A stretch of 56,088 bases of DNA, counting the filler, from Sphacelaria rigidula (lineage: Eukaryota), in assembly GCA_964200075.2 (NCBI GenBank). It is 6 parts of 6 records of this genome, joined end to end, with 100 filler letters (N's around TTAATTAATTAA, not from the genome) between each part and the next. Parts side by side here need not be neighbours in the genome. Positions count along the whole stretch, not along the records: positions 18,731 to 27,995 come from CAXNAA020008887.1; positions 28,096 to 37,360 come from CAXNAA020008888.1; 4 more parts are not named here. The stretch is one strand, 5' to 3'. Below the pieces are notes generated by a model. The model was not told where the DNA came from. It saw only the letters and a program-made list of their open reading frames with translations, and searched no databases. The position numbers and the translations under genes were made by a program. Shown piece after piece: positions 22,706 to 35,490 of the stretch (position 1 is the stretch's first letter; each line of letters begins with the position of its first letter).

Positions 22706-24435
22706 CGGCATGTGATAGACCGGATTTGTGTGCCAGGGTTTTCAAAATTGAAGAGGACGAGCTTTTGAAAGACCTGAGGAGTATGCCTTTTCGTTTCTGT
22801 TTCTAGACCCTGTTTCGTACGATGGGTGATGTCTGTGATGTGGGATCCGTGGTGAAGCGTGTTTTGAGGGAGATCAGTCCCTACTGTTCGTCAAGTGTAT
22901 GCATTACGTGTTCCCGTTTCTCATATCATAGATTATATCTATGAAGTTGCGGGTATTGCCTGATTATTGTGATGTGGCATTGGACATGTCGATAGTCACT
23001 GCGGTTACGGGCGTTTTTGCGGTGTGATAGTACTGGACTCATGGTTACGAACACTGGTGTGTGTCCGTCACAAGTCCTTGTGTCCTCGGGTGATTGGACG
23101 GCGCAATAATATTTGGCTAATGGTACGAGTGTTACCGGGTGTGGTTCGTCGACGGTGGACGATGTTCCCTATTCGTTGCTGTGGGTGGAAAACGTGAATG
23201 CGTGCCTCCGTGTGTATTCTTCGACGGTGGAGGTCATCATTTACCCGTTCCTGTAACTACGATTATCAAACATCAATAAAACCTCTTGATCGTGTTCTGC
23301 TCCCGGGACATGTGTCACCATACGCACACAGCGAAAAGCACCCCACTTAAAACTATGGCCTGTGCCATTACACAGTGCGAGCAACGATGACCGGTTCTCG
23401 TGTACCTTTGGCTGTCGAATTTTTTCACCGTGGAGGCGTAAGCCGCCGAACCCCTTGTATACATATATATATATATATATAAATATAATGCGAAACCCTA
23501 TTATCAAAACATTGCCATGCGTTTCTGCTACAAAAACGGAGGGCAACACAAAAGCCGCCAACGAAACACACAAGCAAGCAAACAAGCAAACCTTGACTTT
23601 TTGTGCGTGTGTGCCATCAAAAGTTCAAATATGCATGAAACACTCCATGAATACGCAGTAAGTGCCAACAGTAGATATTGCCACTTGTTAGAACATAACT
23701 TTCGCGGAACGTTCTTACTTGATTTGAATATAACCATAGAAATTCGCATCCCTAGCGGGGCTGACAGTCTCAAGTGCTCCTAACTTGCGCAGAGCGCGTC
23801 TTTTTTTTGTCTAAATCGGCCAAAGCCACACTTTGCTCACGCGATACTTGCACGCCCTCGCCCGAGGGTTTTCGTATGCTTTGGTTGGGGTCAGGGCTAG
23901 GGAAAGCTTTATTCTACCAAGTGATAATATGACCTCAGTGACAGAAAACATGTAGGGAAACGAGACAAGCGAAAGGCAGAAGGAGGCCCGAAGAAAGACA
24001 GGTGCGGAGAGGAAAGAAAAAGAGACATCAACAGGACAGACAAGACACACAAACATGAGGCAGATACCAAGGACAGCGAGGAGAAGGCAGACACGATGGG
24101 GGAGAGAGAAACATAGTGATGGAAATAGAACGCGCGACTGCATCACAGCCCGCTGCGGTACCTTACATTTCACGCACGAGTACCATAGCAATGCGGTAGC
24201 CCACAGCCCATTCATGCGATCAGTGAAATACCCGACACGCTTTACTGGAGCAGAAGGGTAAAATTACTTCACAGTTAAAGCAGTGGTACACTCGAACAGT
24301 ACTGGACACAGGAGCAATAAGGTTCAGCACTGTACACACAGAGTAAAAACCAAAGTTCGTCGGTATTTTCACTGTAATATGAATACAACAATGTGCCCTT
24401 ATTTATGCACGATATATATTGAAAAAAAAACATAC

Positions 24436-24512
24436 CTTCATGATGCTTCTTGCCACGCCAACTTTCCCAGTGCTTGCCAGCCCGCTCACAGCCGCCTTGT
24501 AAACCTTGTACG
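24436..24512 (-). CDS. PPR-like gene, exon B (AYKVYKAAVSGLASTGKVGVARSIMK)
   Basis: Acceptor caaaactcag|, donor AAG|gtatgt; 77 nt, phase 1 to 0, bridging exons A and C exactly. Confidence 0.75.
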
Positions 24513-25238
24513 CTGAGTTTTGATAGATAAATAAATGGACAATGACCGACCGAAAATAATCCGTACTGTAAGCGCGAACAACCGACCAAGCAGAGGCACA
24601 CACAGATATATAAATATATATACACACATGTGTGCTGTTCTAGTGCTGAGATGAATGAGTCATAACTAATACATTTCTGACAAGACAAGCGCACACGAAA
24701 CCATACCATTTACGGACGGATGAAAATTCATCCTCCATCACGACCCGGAAACATGTTCATGATTGCGTGACAAACGATATAACCGGCGTATGTTGCTGCG
24801 GAACACATTTCTTCACACAACACCCCCCGAGTGTTTTGTTCAAGGGTGCGTGTCTTGGGTAGGGTATTCCCTATATTTGGGTATATAAAAAAAAATCAAA
24901 CTCTTTGAGTACCCAAAACTTGGGGAGAGCGGTTCTCTACGGTAGGGGTTCGCATTGTCCGAGGCTCGGCACTGTCGAAGCCTCTCGATGACAAACAAAC
25001 ATCTGGGCCTTGGTGTACAGCCTCAAAAAACATTTGGGACTGACGAACAAGTTCAGCCCTACCGTAGCATCATCCCTCGGCAGAGCGTTGAGATCGTCCT
25101 CAACAATGACCAGATGTCGGGCAGAGTAATGCGATTGTACGTACGTAATTTTACCCAATATTTGGGTAGATTTTGGAAATCGCAGCACAAAATTCGGGAG
25201 GGTACACACCCGGGTATTCACCATAACTCAACACACCC

Positions 25239-25242
<4 letters not shown>

Positions 25243-25309
<67 letters not shown>

Positions 25310-25330
25310 TGTGTGTCTGTGTGTGTGTGC
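25243..25330 (+). repeat. (GT)n microsatellite
   Basis: Directly visible. Confidence 0.95.
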
Positions 25331-26916
25331 GTTTCCACCCCTCATCTCTGGTACCCTGCTACTGTGTTGTGACGAATTAAAATGCATAATATGAATAACA
25401 ATCATGTTTTATTTAGATATCAATATAATAGTGAGGCGCGCAGGCTTGACAAAGCGAAGCTGAAATCCTTTGGCCACACGGGTGGATCATCTGCTGGACC
25501 AGCATCATTTTCATCACAAAGGCGGCTGTAATATCCGGATGACTCATCCACGCTCGAAGGTGTAAGAAACTATAAACTACTTGACTACTGTTACAAAATC
25601 GGTGTTTGACCCTTGATCGCCAGGCTGGGTAATACGAATCTCGATTATTTTTCGAGTGAAGATGCCAGTTCAACAGGTGACCCACCCTGGCGGTGAAGGG
25701 TTGGCCATCTTGATCGTCAGGGCGGGCCATCCGACCCTTAGGAGTCTTACTAACGGCAAGTTTTTCTTTTCAGATTTTTTCGACCTTTTCCGAAAAAAAT
25801 AGGATTTTTTCTCAACTTCTCGGAAAACGAAAATGGCGTTTCGGATAAAATATGTAGTCAGGTTCAAGCTGATCTTTTGACTAAGATGGGTGAGAAATCT
25901 GTTGTCAATTTTTTCGGAGAGATGAAGTTTTTTCTCTAGAAAATTCGAAGATTTTGGAGGGAAAAAGCAAACAAACAGACCCCACATAAAGTCTCCTTAC
26001 ATCCATTTTTCAAGTGAAAATGATGGCCAGTTCAGCCGATGACCGACCCGGTCGAAAGTTGAGAGGGTTGTTACCGTTACCGTTCAAAATGCGTCGAAGA
26101 TGGGAAAAATGGCCCCGAGCTGGGACAAATTCACCTCGAAGGATGAACTCATGCACACGCAAAAATATTGTGCTATTTTCCACGTCTCTTATTCGGGGTA
26201 GGCACTAGTAGTAGTAGTCATGACAGCACCCCGTGTGTGGGTGGGTGTCCTCAGATCTCGTGCAGCCATCTGGATACCACCCTCCCCTGATGTACAACAG
26301 CGTAAGGCACGCTCATATATCCATTCGCTTCGTCTTTCAGTTTGTGACATTTGTTTTCCAGGTGATCTTCGGGGGAATCGAGGGCTAAATCTAGATAAAT
26401 CGGCGAAAACAAACAACGGCCCTTTCTTAGGCAAATAATCACACCCTGGACAAAAGATTTGATCGTCATGAAAAATGTACTGTGCACCGTAGCATGGGAT
26501 CAATTGGCTGTTGCAATCGACGCAATTGTCGATACTCAACGCCATACACTTTCGAACAATGGAATCTTTTATCCAGGGTGTGCAAAGAAATACACTTCAT
26601 TCTTCACCGATGTCCCCACAGGGGTACTGTCGAAAGTATCCACCGTCTAAAGCATCCACACGTGCAGCAGTAGGACGAATCAAGTCATATGATTCGTCTA
26701 CCGTTCACTTGTTCGCGCGAATCACTCGCGTGATTCGTGCAAGATTCGCGAGTCGTCGTACACGTCATGAAGTGGCGACCCGAGTTGAGTCTTGGCGAAC
26801 ATCTCTGATTTCACACCAGCTCGGGTGCACCTTATGACCACGGCTAAGTTCGTGGTAGGTCAGTCTCCGTGAGTCAATTGAAACAAAAAACCAAGGTATT
26901 CATCGTCTCAATATAC

Positions 26917-27025
26917 CTGCTAGGCCCTCTGCCTTTGCCGAGTCTACCAGGTCCAACGCCTGCTCCGGGGTAGCTTGGGACACCCCTTTGATCGCCCAAT
27001 AGTACATGTTTATGGAAGACAGCCC
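26917..27025 (-). CDS. PPR-like gene, exon A (GLSSINMYYWAIKGVSQATPEQALDLVDSAKAEGLA)
   Basis: Acceptor gcgcgcgcag|, donor CAG|gtatat; 109 nt, phase 0 to 1; helical PPR-like pattern. The gene is incomplete in this scaffold. Confidence 0.7.
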
Positions 27026-27445
27026 CTGCGCGCGCGCGGCAAAAATATATATGATCAGAAGAAAAATGCACGGAAGCAAAAAAAACCCGTGAAATAAGGC
27101 CCCCTTCCCAATAATTCTTGGGAACTTTGACTTTATTTTGATCAAACAGTGGTCCTACTGCGCGTCATGTGGTTGTATGTGCATTGACCCCTCCCCCCTG
27201 CCCCTGCTGGTGGAAGCTACTGCGGAGTAATAAATGAGCGTGATTCCCCCCCCCAAAAAAACCCCAGGGAATCGCAGGGTGGGAGGGTGAGTCACTTCAT
27301 GTAGGGAAGTGGATCGGTGTCACTTTTCAATACCATGAACACTAGACAATTATAGAAAAAAAGTGTACTGCGAAAAGTATAGAATAATTACCTATTGCAT
27401 CGTAGAAAAGTGCACTGCGAAAGGGATGGACTTTCAAAGTCTATT

Positions 27446-27512
27446 GCAATAGACAAGCAATAGACAAGCAATAGACCAGCAATAGACCAGCAATAGACAG
27501 GCAATAGACGAG
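27446..27512 (+). repeat. Six-copy 11-bp tandem (gcaatagacNN)
   Basis: Directly visible. Confidence 0.85.
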
Positions 27513-27531
27513 CAGTAAACCATAGACTATA

Positions 27532-27636
27532 CTTTCAGCGAGTGTTTCAGCTGTGTTTTGCCTCTGGTGCGTCTATCATGTGGCCACGGCTGGATTCCTG
27601 GGGAGTCAGTTAAAGTGCGACAATCAATCAACCAAT
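27532..27636 (+). mobile_element. Non-LTR retroelement 3' end with a (CAAT)n tail; other copies at 48975-49094 (+) and 52225-52920 (-)
   Basis: Shared ccacggctgga...cctgggg(g/a)gtcagttaa..gcgaca; the two + strand copies end in caat repeats. Confidence 0.65.
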
Positions 27637-27790
27637 ATACTTTACTCAGTACACGTAGTCCTATTATTATTGCACCCTGTCCAGAGTGCGGATTTTTGCT
27701 CTCTTGTTTGTGTTTATTTAACCCCATTCGACCTACACGACGGTTTTGCTGTGCCATGCCCCGCGTAGGCCTTTGATCCGTAGGCTCCTC

Positions 27791-27995
27791 TGTGTTGTCG
27801 TCGTCTCTTCTATTGTGGGCGCCAGTCTACACCTTTCGGTATATGTGGGCGCATCAGCCGGGGTCACGCAGGAGAAGGGTCAACACAGGAGCTTTTTCTT
27901 TTTTACTTGTTTTCAGTACCCCACCTTCCTTCTGCGGTGATTGCCTTTATTTTTATCGCGAAAGGGGTTCAGCAGTCCCTTTTCCTCGTCGACCG
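27791..27995 (-). mobile_element. SINE/LINE-like dispersed repeat; other copies at 43976-44130 and 50676-50775
   Basis: Near-identical cacctttcggtatatgtgggcgcatcagccggggtcac...caacacaggag in three scaffolds; each copy starts in TG-rich sequence (a CA-rich tail on the minus strand). Confidence 0.75.
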
Positions 27996-28095
27996 NNNNN
28001 NNNNNNNNNNNNNNNNNNNNNNNNNNNNNNNNNNNNNNNTTAATTAATTAANNNNNNNNNNNNNNNNNNNNNNNNNNNNNNNNNNNNNNNNNNNN
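27996..28095. other. Artificial scaffold linker
   Basis: N44-TTAATTAATTAA-N44. Confidence 0.98.
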
Positions 28096-28477
28096 CACTC
28101 GAAATTCATTACTGAAGCGTACGGTAGCAGCGATATATAGTTACTCATTCCCTTATTTCATCACCCATTCCTCTCGCAATAATATCATATACCACATCGC
28201 ACAACAGCTATTCGTAAACGTCCTTGGCTCCAGTCTCTCTTTAGTTCCTCCGTTCCAGCTTGGGACGCTCGAGTTCCCGGCGAGATAGCTCTTTCCAGTC
28301 TCTATCTTCGTATCGTACTCGCCGAAAGAAATTCCCATAATCATACACGTGGTGCTTCAGCTCGGCACTGCTATAGCCTTTCCAGGAGGTAGCACATATG
28401 GGCAGAAGCTTCAAGGCATCACTACGTGGGGAAGCGGGGTGCTTCGAGTGCGATGGCGGGGTCGAAGAAACTGTGGG

Positions 28478-28997
28478 GTGATACAGGTGCAAAAGGCTCA
28501 TGACGCAGTATGGGGCAATGGGCTGTGGGAAAATATATCAGGAACTGTGATCAAAGGAAAGGTGTGGACGATGAAGACGACAGAAATGTGCTAAAAGTGC
28601 GATGGTGCTAGACAGGGAAATATCGAAATATTTCGATATTTTGCAAGGAGTCGCACCATGATGTACGTTATCACCCTCTCTACTCGAGGTATTCTTTGAT
28701 GACCTGATACTAGCATTAGACATTGCAAAGCAAGGGGTGAAGTTGCTGAAGAAATTAGAAGCAGTGCAGCTGGCAGCAGCCAAAATAGTACTTTGATGCG
28801 GAAACGGTGTAAATGGCAGCTGGTAAAATAATACTTGGATGCAATAAAACTAGTGAACAAGTTGTGAACAGTACAGATTGCAACAGCTCAGAGAATACTT
28901 GGATGCAGTGAAGTGGGTGAAGGAGTTGGGAACAGTGCAGATTACAGCAGCTACGGGAATTACCTAGATGCTCGAAACAAATGAGTACGCCCCCCCC
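28478..28997 (+). mobile_element. Decayed LINE reverse-transcriptase fragment with internal deletion, tandem-duplicated segment and C-rich 3' end
   Basis: Translates VQKAHDAVWGNGLW...IKGKVW, then after a frameshift AKSAMVLDREISKYFDILQGVAP*CTLSPSLLEVFFDDL. These are the non-LTR RT motifs KAYD-V and GVxQGCxLSP, with stops and frameshifts. Confidence 0.85.
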
Positions 28998-29033
28998 TTT
29001 TGGTGAAGGAGTTGGGAACAGTGCAGATTAAAC

Positions 29034-29312
29034 ACTATATTCGTGAGATCCAGAGTGTAGTTTCAGATTCAGAGTCAGGATTTCAAACGGAAGAACTGTT
29101 TTCTTTGTGGTCGATTCTTATGCGAAACAGTCCGCGTCACTCATCAACCAACATTAGAGGCTGTGAAAACACGCGCGCACGTTCATTACTCGGGTTGGTT
29201 GATTAGTGACGCGAACTGTTTCGCAAAAGAATCGACCACGAAGAATCCAGTTCTTCCGTTTGAAATCCTGACTCTGAATCTGAAACTACACTCTGAATCT
29301 CACGAATATAGT
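29034..29312. mobile_element. Near-perfect fold-back element (~119-bp arms, ~40-nt loop)
   Basis: actatattcgtgaga...tcaaccaac / gttggttga...tctcacgaatatagt with few mismatches. Confidence 0.85.
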
Positions 29313-32300
29313 CTTTGTTGTATGACCATTTGTTTCGTGACAACTTGAGGCTGGTTTTGGGGGGGGAGGCTGTCGTAGAAAGCGTCAGCAGTGCTGACTT
29401 CGTGTTGTACCCACTTTCGGATCGTTAGTGAAAACGTACCTCGCGATGAACAAGAAGTCGGGCAAGTTCCCATATATATATTTATGTGTGTGTGGAGAAA
29501 AACGGATAAAAAAGGATCATTTTCGAAAACCAAAGGCACTCCTCGCATCGCCTAGAATGGTCCTGACCACTCGCCGTCCAAACGTTTCGACCGAAAGAAG
29601 CATTCGGCTACTCTGACAGCAAAAACAGCGGGGGGCAGGCCGGTCGCAAAGCGTGCTCCACGAGCACAAAGCGCCACCGTTTTTGCGTGCTCCAATAGTT
29701 GAGCGAACGTTCGCGGTTTTCTTGCATTGTCGTCCTACCTCCATCTGGGATTTCAACGTCCATCCGCTTGCCGGTCGCTCCCGTAGTCAAATGGTAGAGT
29801 TTACACCATCAGGAGGCCGGAAAGTTCGGCTTGGATACCCAGCGAATGCATTTATTTGGACTTTAGTTTTTTTCATGAAACGTGTTTGACTGCCGTCTTT
29901 GAAAATATGAGAACGTGAGCAGCATGAAGAGTGTACTTGACGAGACTCAACGCGGTGCGGGAGTGTTGATAGTCATGATCCAATCTGCGAGACCAAAATG
30001 CAAGGCGTCTACCGGGGAAGAGATGGATTGATTCCTCAAGACCTAGGACTCGTACCGGGGAAGGATAGGGGTTGAAGCGTGCCAAAATAAAACCAAAACA
30101 AGATCCAGGATATTCATCTGGGTTATGTGGATCTCCCTAATGAACAACCAGATGGTCATCACAGATGAATCCCCATAGCCCTGATGGACGTCCATATCCC
30201 AAATTGATGCCCATACCCCTGATGGGCATCCATGGTGAATGCAGATGAATTCCCCAGATGAATGTGATCTCCCGCATGGAATTTCTACATGGATGTGATA
30301 TCCCACGTGGAAGTTGCACGGATGCAAGACTCCCTAGTCGTTACAGCTCGGGTAAAGTATAGGCCTTGACTGCGATCGGTGTAGACGAATAAACGCCGTG
30401 TATACGGGAATATAACAATGGATGAAGCAAGCGATTTAAACCATGGGATTGACCGCGTCCCTCTCCTTCATGCCTATTTCTTCGCCTAGAAATTGCCTAC
30501 AGCGTGCATAGCTGCTACTTCTGACCAGCCGGCAATACCCACCACCACGACCATCACCCCGAAAGGACCCACAACTCCTGGAAACCTCTGGACTGTCAGT
30601 GTAGGCAAGAGTGTTCCCCGCCGAAGCTCGCAGTCGAGCGGGGCCAACAGTTTGTTTGCAACATAGTTGTTTAGTGTCTATCTATGCACGCCGTAAATTC
30701 AAGCGTGGGTGTTTTGGTTTTAGTGTGCGAATTCCCGTGCAAATATACGCCGAAGTCTCCGCGGAATTTTGTCACAAACCTCATTTCCGGAGTTGGTTGC
30801 TATCTCACATACGGTGGGCAGCATCGTGAGCGATATGAAAAACAACGTACATCATTCGTGCTTCAAAAATTATGTGCACGGTCAATATGGCCCGAGCCAG
30901 TCGCATCCGGGCAAGTGTGGGTACATGAGTACAGGTCGCCAAGGAGGAATCCAACAATCATCGGCGTTTCTTAGGGGGAAAGGAAAACTTGCTTCCAGGT
31001 TCCCCAGGCTACCTTGCTACCCGCTTCCACACACGGTGGTCTTGAAGAGACTCGTTTCTGAAGGTTTAAAAGGGTCGTGTACCATCAAAAGGGTCGTATA
31101 CCATTAGCGACAATATCGTGTCGTGTCAAAACAAATCGATAAAACGTATATCGTCGTGGGTAACATTGTGCGGGGAAGCCTCAGGTGTGAAAATGTGCAG
31201 AGATCGGCGATTGAGCTTTATACAGTAGTATCCGGATTATTATCCATTGGATGGCGGTTCGCTCCGTCGGGGAATGCGCTCTGATTTTCACCTCTAGCTC
31301 TTTTCCTTCCTTAGGACGAGTCCGCAGTCTCAAGAAATCAACCCATCTCTTACCCGGCACACGCCTTATATTCTGGCATCGCGGATTGGATCAGCACTCC
31401 CGCACCGCGCCGACTGTCATCCAACAAACTCAGCCAAAAATGCTCTTTTGCTACTCACGTACGCCCTCACGTACGTCCTCACGACTTTAACGTCGGTGTC
31501 AAGGAAGCTTCCAAGAAAAGGCCACGTCAGACGCATCTGACGGGGGTCGAATCCGCGTCCTTCCGGCCCCAGTGGTGTCCGTTGTACCGTTGGACTATCG
31601 GGAGGCGCCGGCCTGTGCACCGATATTACATAAGCTGTGGGTGGCGCGCGGCGACTGATACCTGCAGTTCCCTGATTAAGCATTTTCTATTAGCGATTGC
31701 ATCTAGAATTTTAAGCTACTGTGCCAAATGATCATCTCGGCGCCTGAGGTCAAGTGCTTCGAGGATTAGGACTTTGATTATCCAGCGAGGTTCGGGAGGA
31801 TCGCAACGCGGTGTACACGGCATATATTGTAGATGGCCACCAGTCGGCCGGCTGGGCGCTCACTCGATCTCCTCGGGTGTCTTCTTGTGCCCAATAAAAG
31901 TACAACAGGCTACTTTGTTCATGATCGGGTGAGCGGATCGGTGTTTCTTTGCTTTTGTGCTCGAAAAGCCGAAGCCGATCGACTTCGCCGTCCCTCCCCC
32001 AACACTCAAAGCCGCACACTACTTCTTGGGCAGCAGGGGTTTGTGAGGGCGGCGAGCTCACCGCTGAAGTTTCGTGCGCGTTACTCGCGCGCGCGTGTGT
32101 GTGTGGGTGTGTGTTGGCTTGATCTGCTCAGTTAGTTTTGAGGAGAAACCGTCCTCACGTACGTTCGACGTCAGGCATAAACTCCGAACCCCACCCATCA
32201 AATACGCCATGTCGTCCAGCTGTTCAGCAACGGTCCCATACGTATGTAAATATTCGGACGTGCATAGCACTCGATACTCTTGGCGTGGCCATCTCACCTG

Positions 32301-32879
32301 TACTGTTGAAACTGTTATGGTCCTGAGACGCGCGGTCACGTGCTGCTCATTGTGGCCCACGCGCGAATACCCTACGGCGCGCAGCGTACGTGTGACAGCG
32401 GCCTTTCCTATGCACAGCCGTCACTTCTCCACCAGAACGTCTAGTATGATTTTCTCCCCAGAAAGCCTGGCCAACGACGGCTCACTGACGTCTGGGCGCT
32501 AAAAGGATGAACTTCGTCGTGCTGCCCAATTATTACTTTTCAGATGTACTCACCATGCCCGCTTGTTCCCGATACATGTTCGAGCCGATCACTCATATTC
32601 TTCTGACTTCTGTGCACGTTTGTTGCAAGTCTGAGTCGCAAGTATGCGGGGCCTGGTTTTACAGGGAGAGGAAATGAGAGCGCATATATATCGAGGTTCC
32701 GTCGGCTGTCTCATCAATGACGTCTCACGAACCAGGGGCGGCCGGCCGTGTTGGCTGGGACTTCGCCACAACTAGCCGGTGTTTTTGCGACAAAGGCAAC
32801 GCCGTATTTCCCAGCGGTACGGAGCCCCAAGTAATAACCATCATGGCTTGTTAGCCTTGTTGTGTTATCCTGCAACTGC

Positions 32880-33358
32880 CATTCGGGATATCGTATCAAT
32901 CAGGAACACCCATCTGGAATATAAAAAGCTTCTCTGAATCTGTTCGGGGTATCAATGTTCAAATGGAATATCCATCGGGATCTAGAGATTCGTCTAGGAC
33001 GCCCATCTGGGATATAAACATCCGTATGAGATACCCATCGAGCATGAGGACGCCCGCCTGGAATATGGATATCCGTCTGAGATATGGATATCCGTCTTGG
33101 ATACGGATATTTATCTTGGACGTCTATCCAGGGTGTCCATCACGAATACTCACCTTGGTAATCGATCAGGAGTGTCCATGGTCCAGGCTGATGTCCATAT
33201 CGGACGAAGATGTGCATACACCAGATGAACGTCCCAGATGGACATCAATACGCCCAGTCGGTGTCCCAGAGGAATGTTCCAGATGAAAATGATATCCCGG
33301 ATAGATGTTCAAGATGAATGTGATACGCCAGATAAAGGTTGCGGGATAATGCAAGACC
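32880..33358. repeat. Degenerate element built from ggatatccatct-like subrepeats; related copy at 30105-30330
   Basis: Subrepeats switch orientation midway; both copies end in atgcaagac. Confidence 0.55.
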
Positions 33359-34213
33359 GTGCCTAGCGTTCGATTCATGGCGCTCCACCGACCGCGAGGT
33401 TAAACAGTTTTGGTACGGCTGACATCTCCGAGTGCCGGCCATTTGCCAACAGTCACGGCAGCGCCATTCAGGTTGTATCCGATAAATATTCTTGTACCTT
33501 TTGGGAGCTTTGACCCTTGCTTTTTCCTCCGTCGCTCTCCGCACGCTCGTAGGCATGTGGTGTCAGGCTTTTGCCTTGAGGCCAATTTCGGACACGTTAG
33601 ACTCCTCGATTTGGCTGACGTTCTGGGATGGCACCACCAGTCGGTTCAGTCATGGAACTCGCCCCCACCCATGGCGTGAGCTCTACTCTCCGAGGGAGAA
33701 AGGGTGGGGGAGGAGGGGTGGGAGCAGGATCCGCTCGAGAGAGCAAAAGTTAAGATGCGGCTCTTCAAGGTGTCCAGTGCAGTAGGCCATGGCGACCTTT
33801 GCATCAGATAAGAAGCTCAGGCTGCGCCTGAGTTTCAGTCCCTTATGAGCGGGCCGCTACTGAATTCGGGTGGCCGAATTTCTCGTAGACACACGCAAGT
33901 GCGGTGTGTATTCGGCGTTGAACTATTGATGTATTTCGACGAGGATAATGCACCCACGAACACCCGTTGAACGGGCGTAATTTGAGCAATTGCTGCAAAC
34001 CTTCAGGTGGCAGTTTTGAATCGCTGCACACTAACCATATTCAAAAGATACGGTTGTATCCGTTTCCGTAAAACAATAGTTTATAACCTCTCTCAGTGAA
34101 AAACAATAATATACAGCTTTGCCTGCCCATCCATTGACGTTTTCTCCGTCCATTCCACCTGCACCGTCCGCCCTTACTTTGTCTCGTTATCATGCATTAG
34201 GAACACGTCGCAC

Positions 34214-34323
34214 TTCGAGATATCCGTGGATTGAAGCGGACTCCGTAGGAACATGTTGGCCGTTATGGTGCACGCAATGATGAGCGTGTATGGAGGGCGA
34301 GAAGCAAACTTCTCGGCACGTTT
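34214..34323 (-). CDS. Candidate isolated exon of unknown product (KRAEKFASRPPYTLIIACTITANMFL... or an alternative frame)
   Basis: Long pyrimidine tract ending caagcag|, donor GAA|gtgcga; two frames are open; no partner exon confirmed. Confidence 0.3.
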
Positions 34324-34848
34324 CTGCTTGAAGGTCAAGCAGGGCAAACAGGGGAAGGTTGACGGAAGGGTGATCGGAAAGAGCGCATGTGATAAGAGAC
34401 AGGATCAGGAGGCCACAACAGCACAGACAGGCGAAAGTATTCCAGACCCAAATGTCAAATCCGCTGAAAGAAGTGGGCGCAGCACGGCAACATCTCAGAG
34501 AAAGAGTGTGGAAGAAGACAAGGGAATGAGGAAGCGGCAGGGAGAATGACCAAAAAAACATTCAACGGGATCGTGGCCGGGTTCAGTGCGTGTCAAGCCT
34601 TGCTGTCGCCTCTGTCTGAGGCGCTACGAGAGCTGCGAGTGGGGGACTATAGCGGCGTAATGGAGGACGGTTTCCCAATGGATTAATTTTACCCGTAAGC
34701 GCCGAGTATTTTTAGCATAGCACCCTCGCGTCCATGCGACAGAGGTCCGCGCCGTTCCTACCAAAGGTAGGTATGGTGTAGACCTTTGTTGCCTGGAGAC
34801 GAGGGCATTCTAGCTATAACCCTTGGTTCTTTGCCCGAAAAGTCGACC

Positions 34849-35490
34849 TCAACTAGTCCCAGACGTCGCCATATAGCCTCGCCCCCTCATCGGGAGATCG
34901 CCTGCCAATTCGCCTTCGAGGAGCGACTCTTCTTCGGCGGCGCACGCACGACAGAAGCCCATCCTACGGTAGCGTGATCGCGTTGGGCATTGAGGACCCC
35001 CTGCCTGGACATTTACCCCTACACCGCTGTGTGCATATCGCTGCCTCTTGAACAGACACCATGATAGCTTGTATTCTGCATGACGTAGAAGTATTGCGCA
35101 AGAAAAGGGCAGGAAACTTCGGAGGGTCGGCGACAACAAGCAGTGGTCGTTGTATGTGGACGTCACTACAACGATCAATAACCCTCGTCACCGATCCTCC
35201 AAAGTTACCCCCCCCTGTTGCGTGCATCAGCATCTTGACGTACACTAGCTCTCGCTGGGGCAACCAGAGTGAAGCATGACGTTGGATGTTACTCCTGGGC
35301 CAGCGGCATGTACGCAGTGGTGGAGCGGCAAAAATGTGTGTCGCTATGGGGTCCCCGATGCCCAACGCAATCGCGCGACTGTCGAATGTTACTCTGCGAT
35401 GAGAGCGCTACCGAAGAAAGACCGCTCCTTGGGAGCGAACTGGCAGGCGGTCCTGTCGCAGGGACGGGGCGTTTACGGTGTCCTAGTTGA
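34849..35490. mobile_element. Diverged ~640-bp palindromic fold-back element
   Basis: Complementary pairs tcaactag/ctagttga, cgcctgcca/tggcaggcg, gcgttgggcat/atgcccaacgc and ggagggtcggcgac/gtcaccgatcctcc are nested around ~35160. Confidence 0.75.

Noticed and set aside
23841-23913. 73-nt minus-strand segment with plausible splice sites in the PPR gene
   Set aside because: The flanking exons already join in phase and give a continuous PPR motif; inclusion would shift the frame.
31535-31600. B-box-like GGATTCGACCCC on the minus strand suggesting a tRNA
   Set aside because: No cloverleaf or A box could be built; at most a SINE relic.
32163-32219. Candidate exon LDDMAYLMGGVRSLCLTSN
   Set aside because: Splice sites are plausible, but there is no recognisable homology and no confirmed partner exon.
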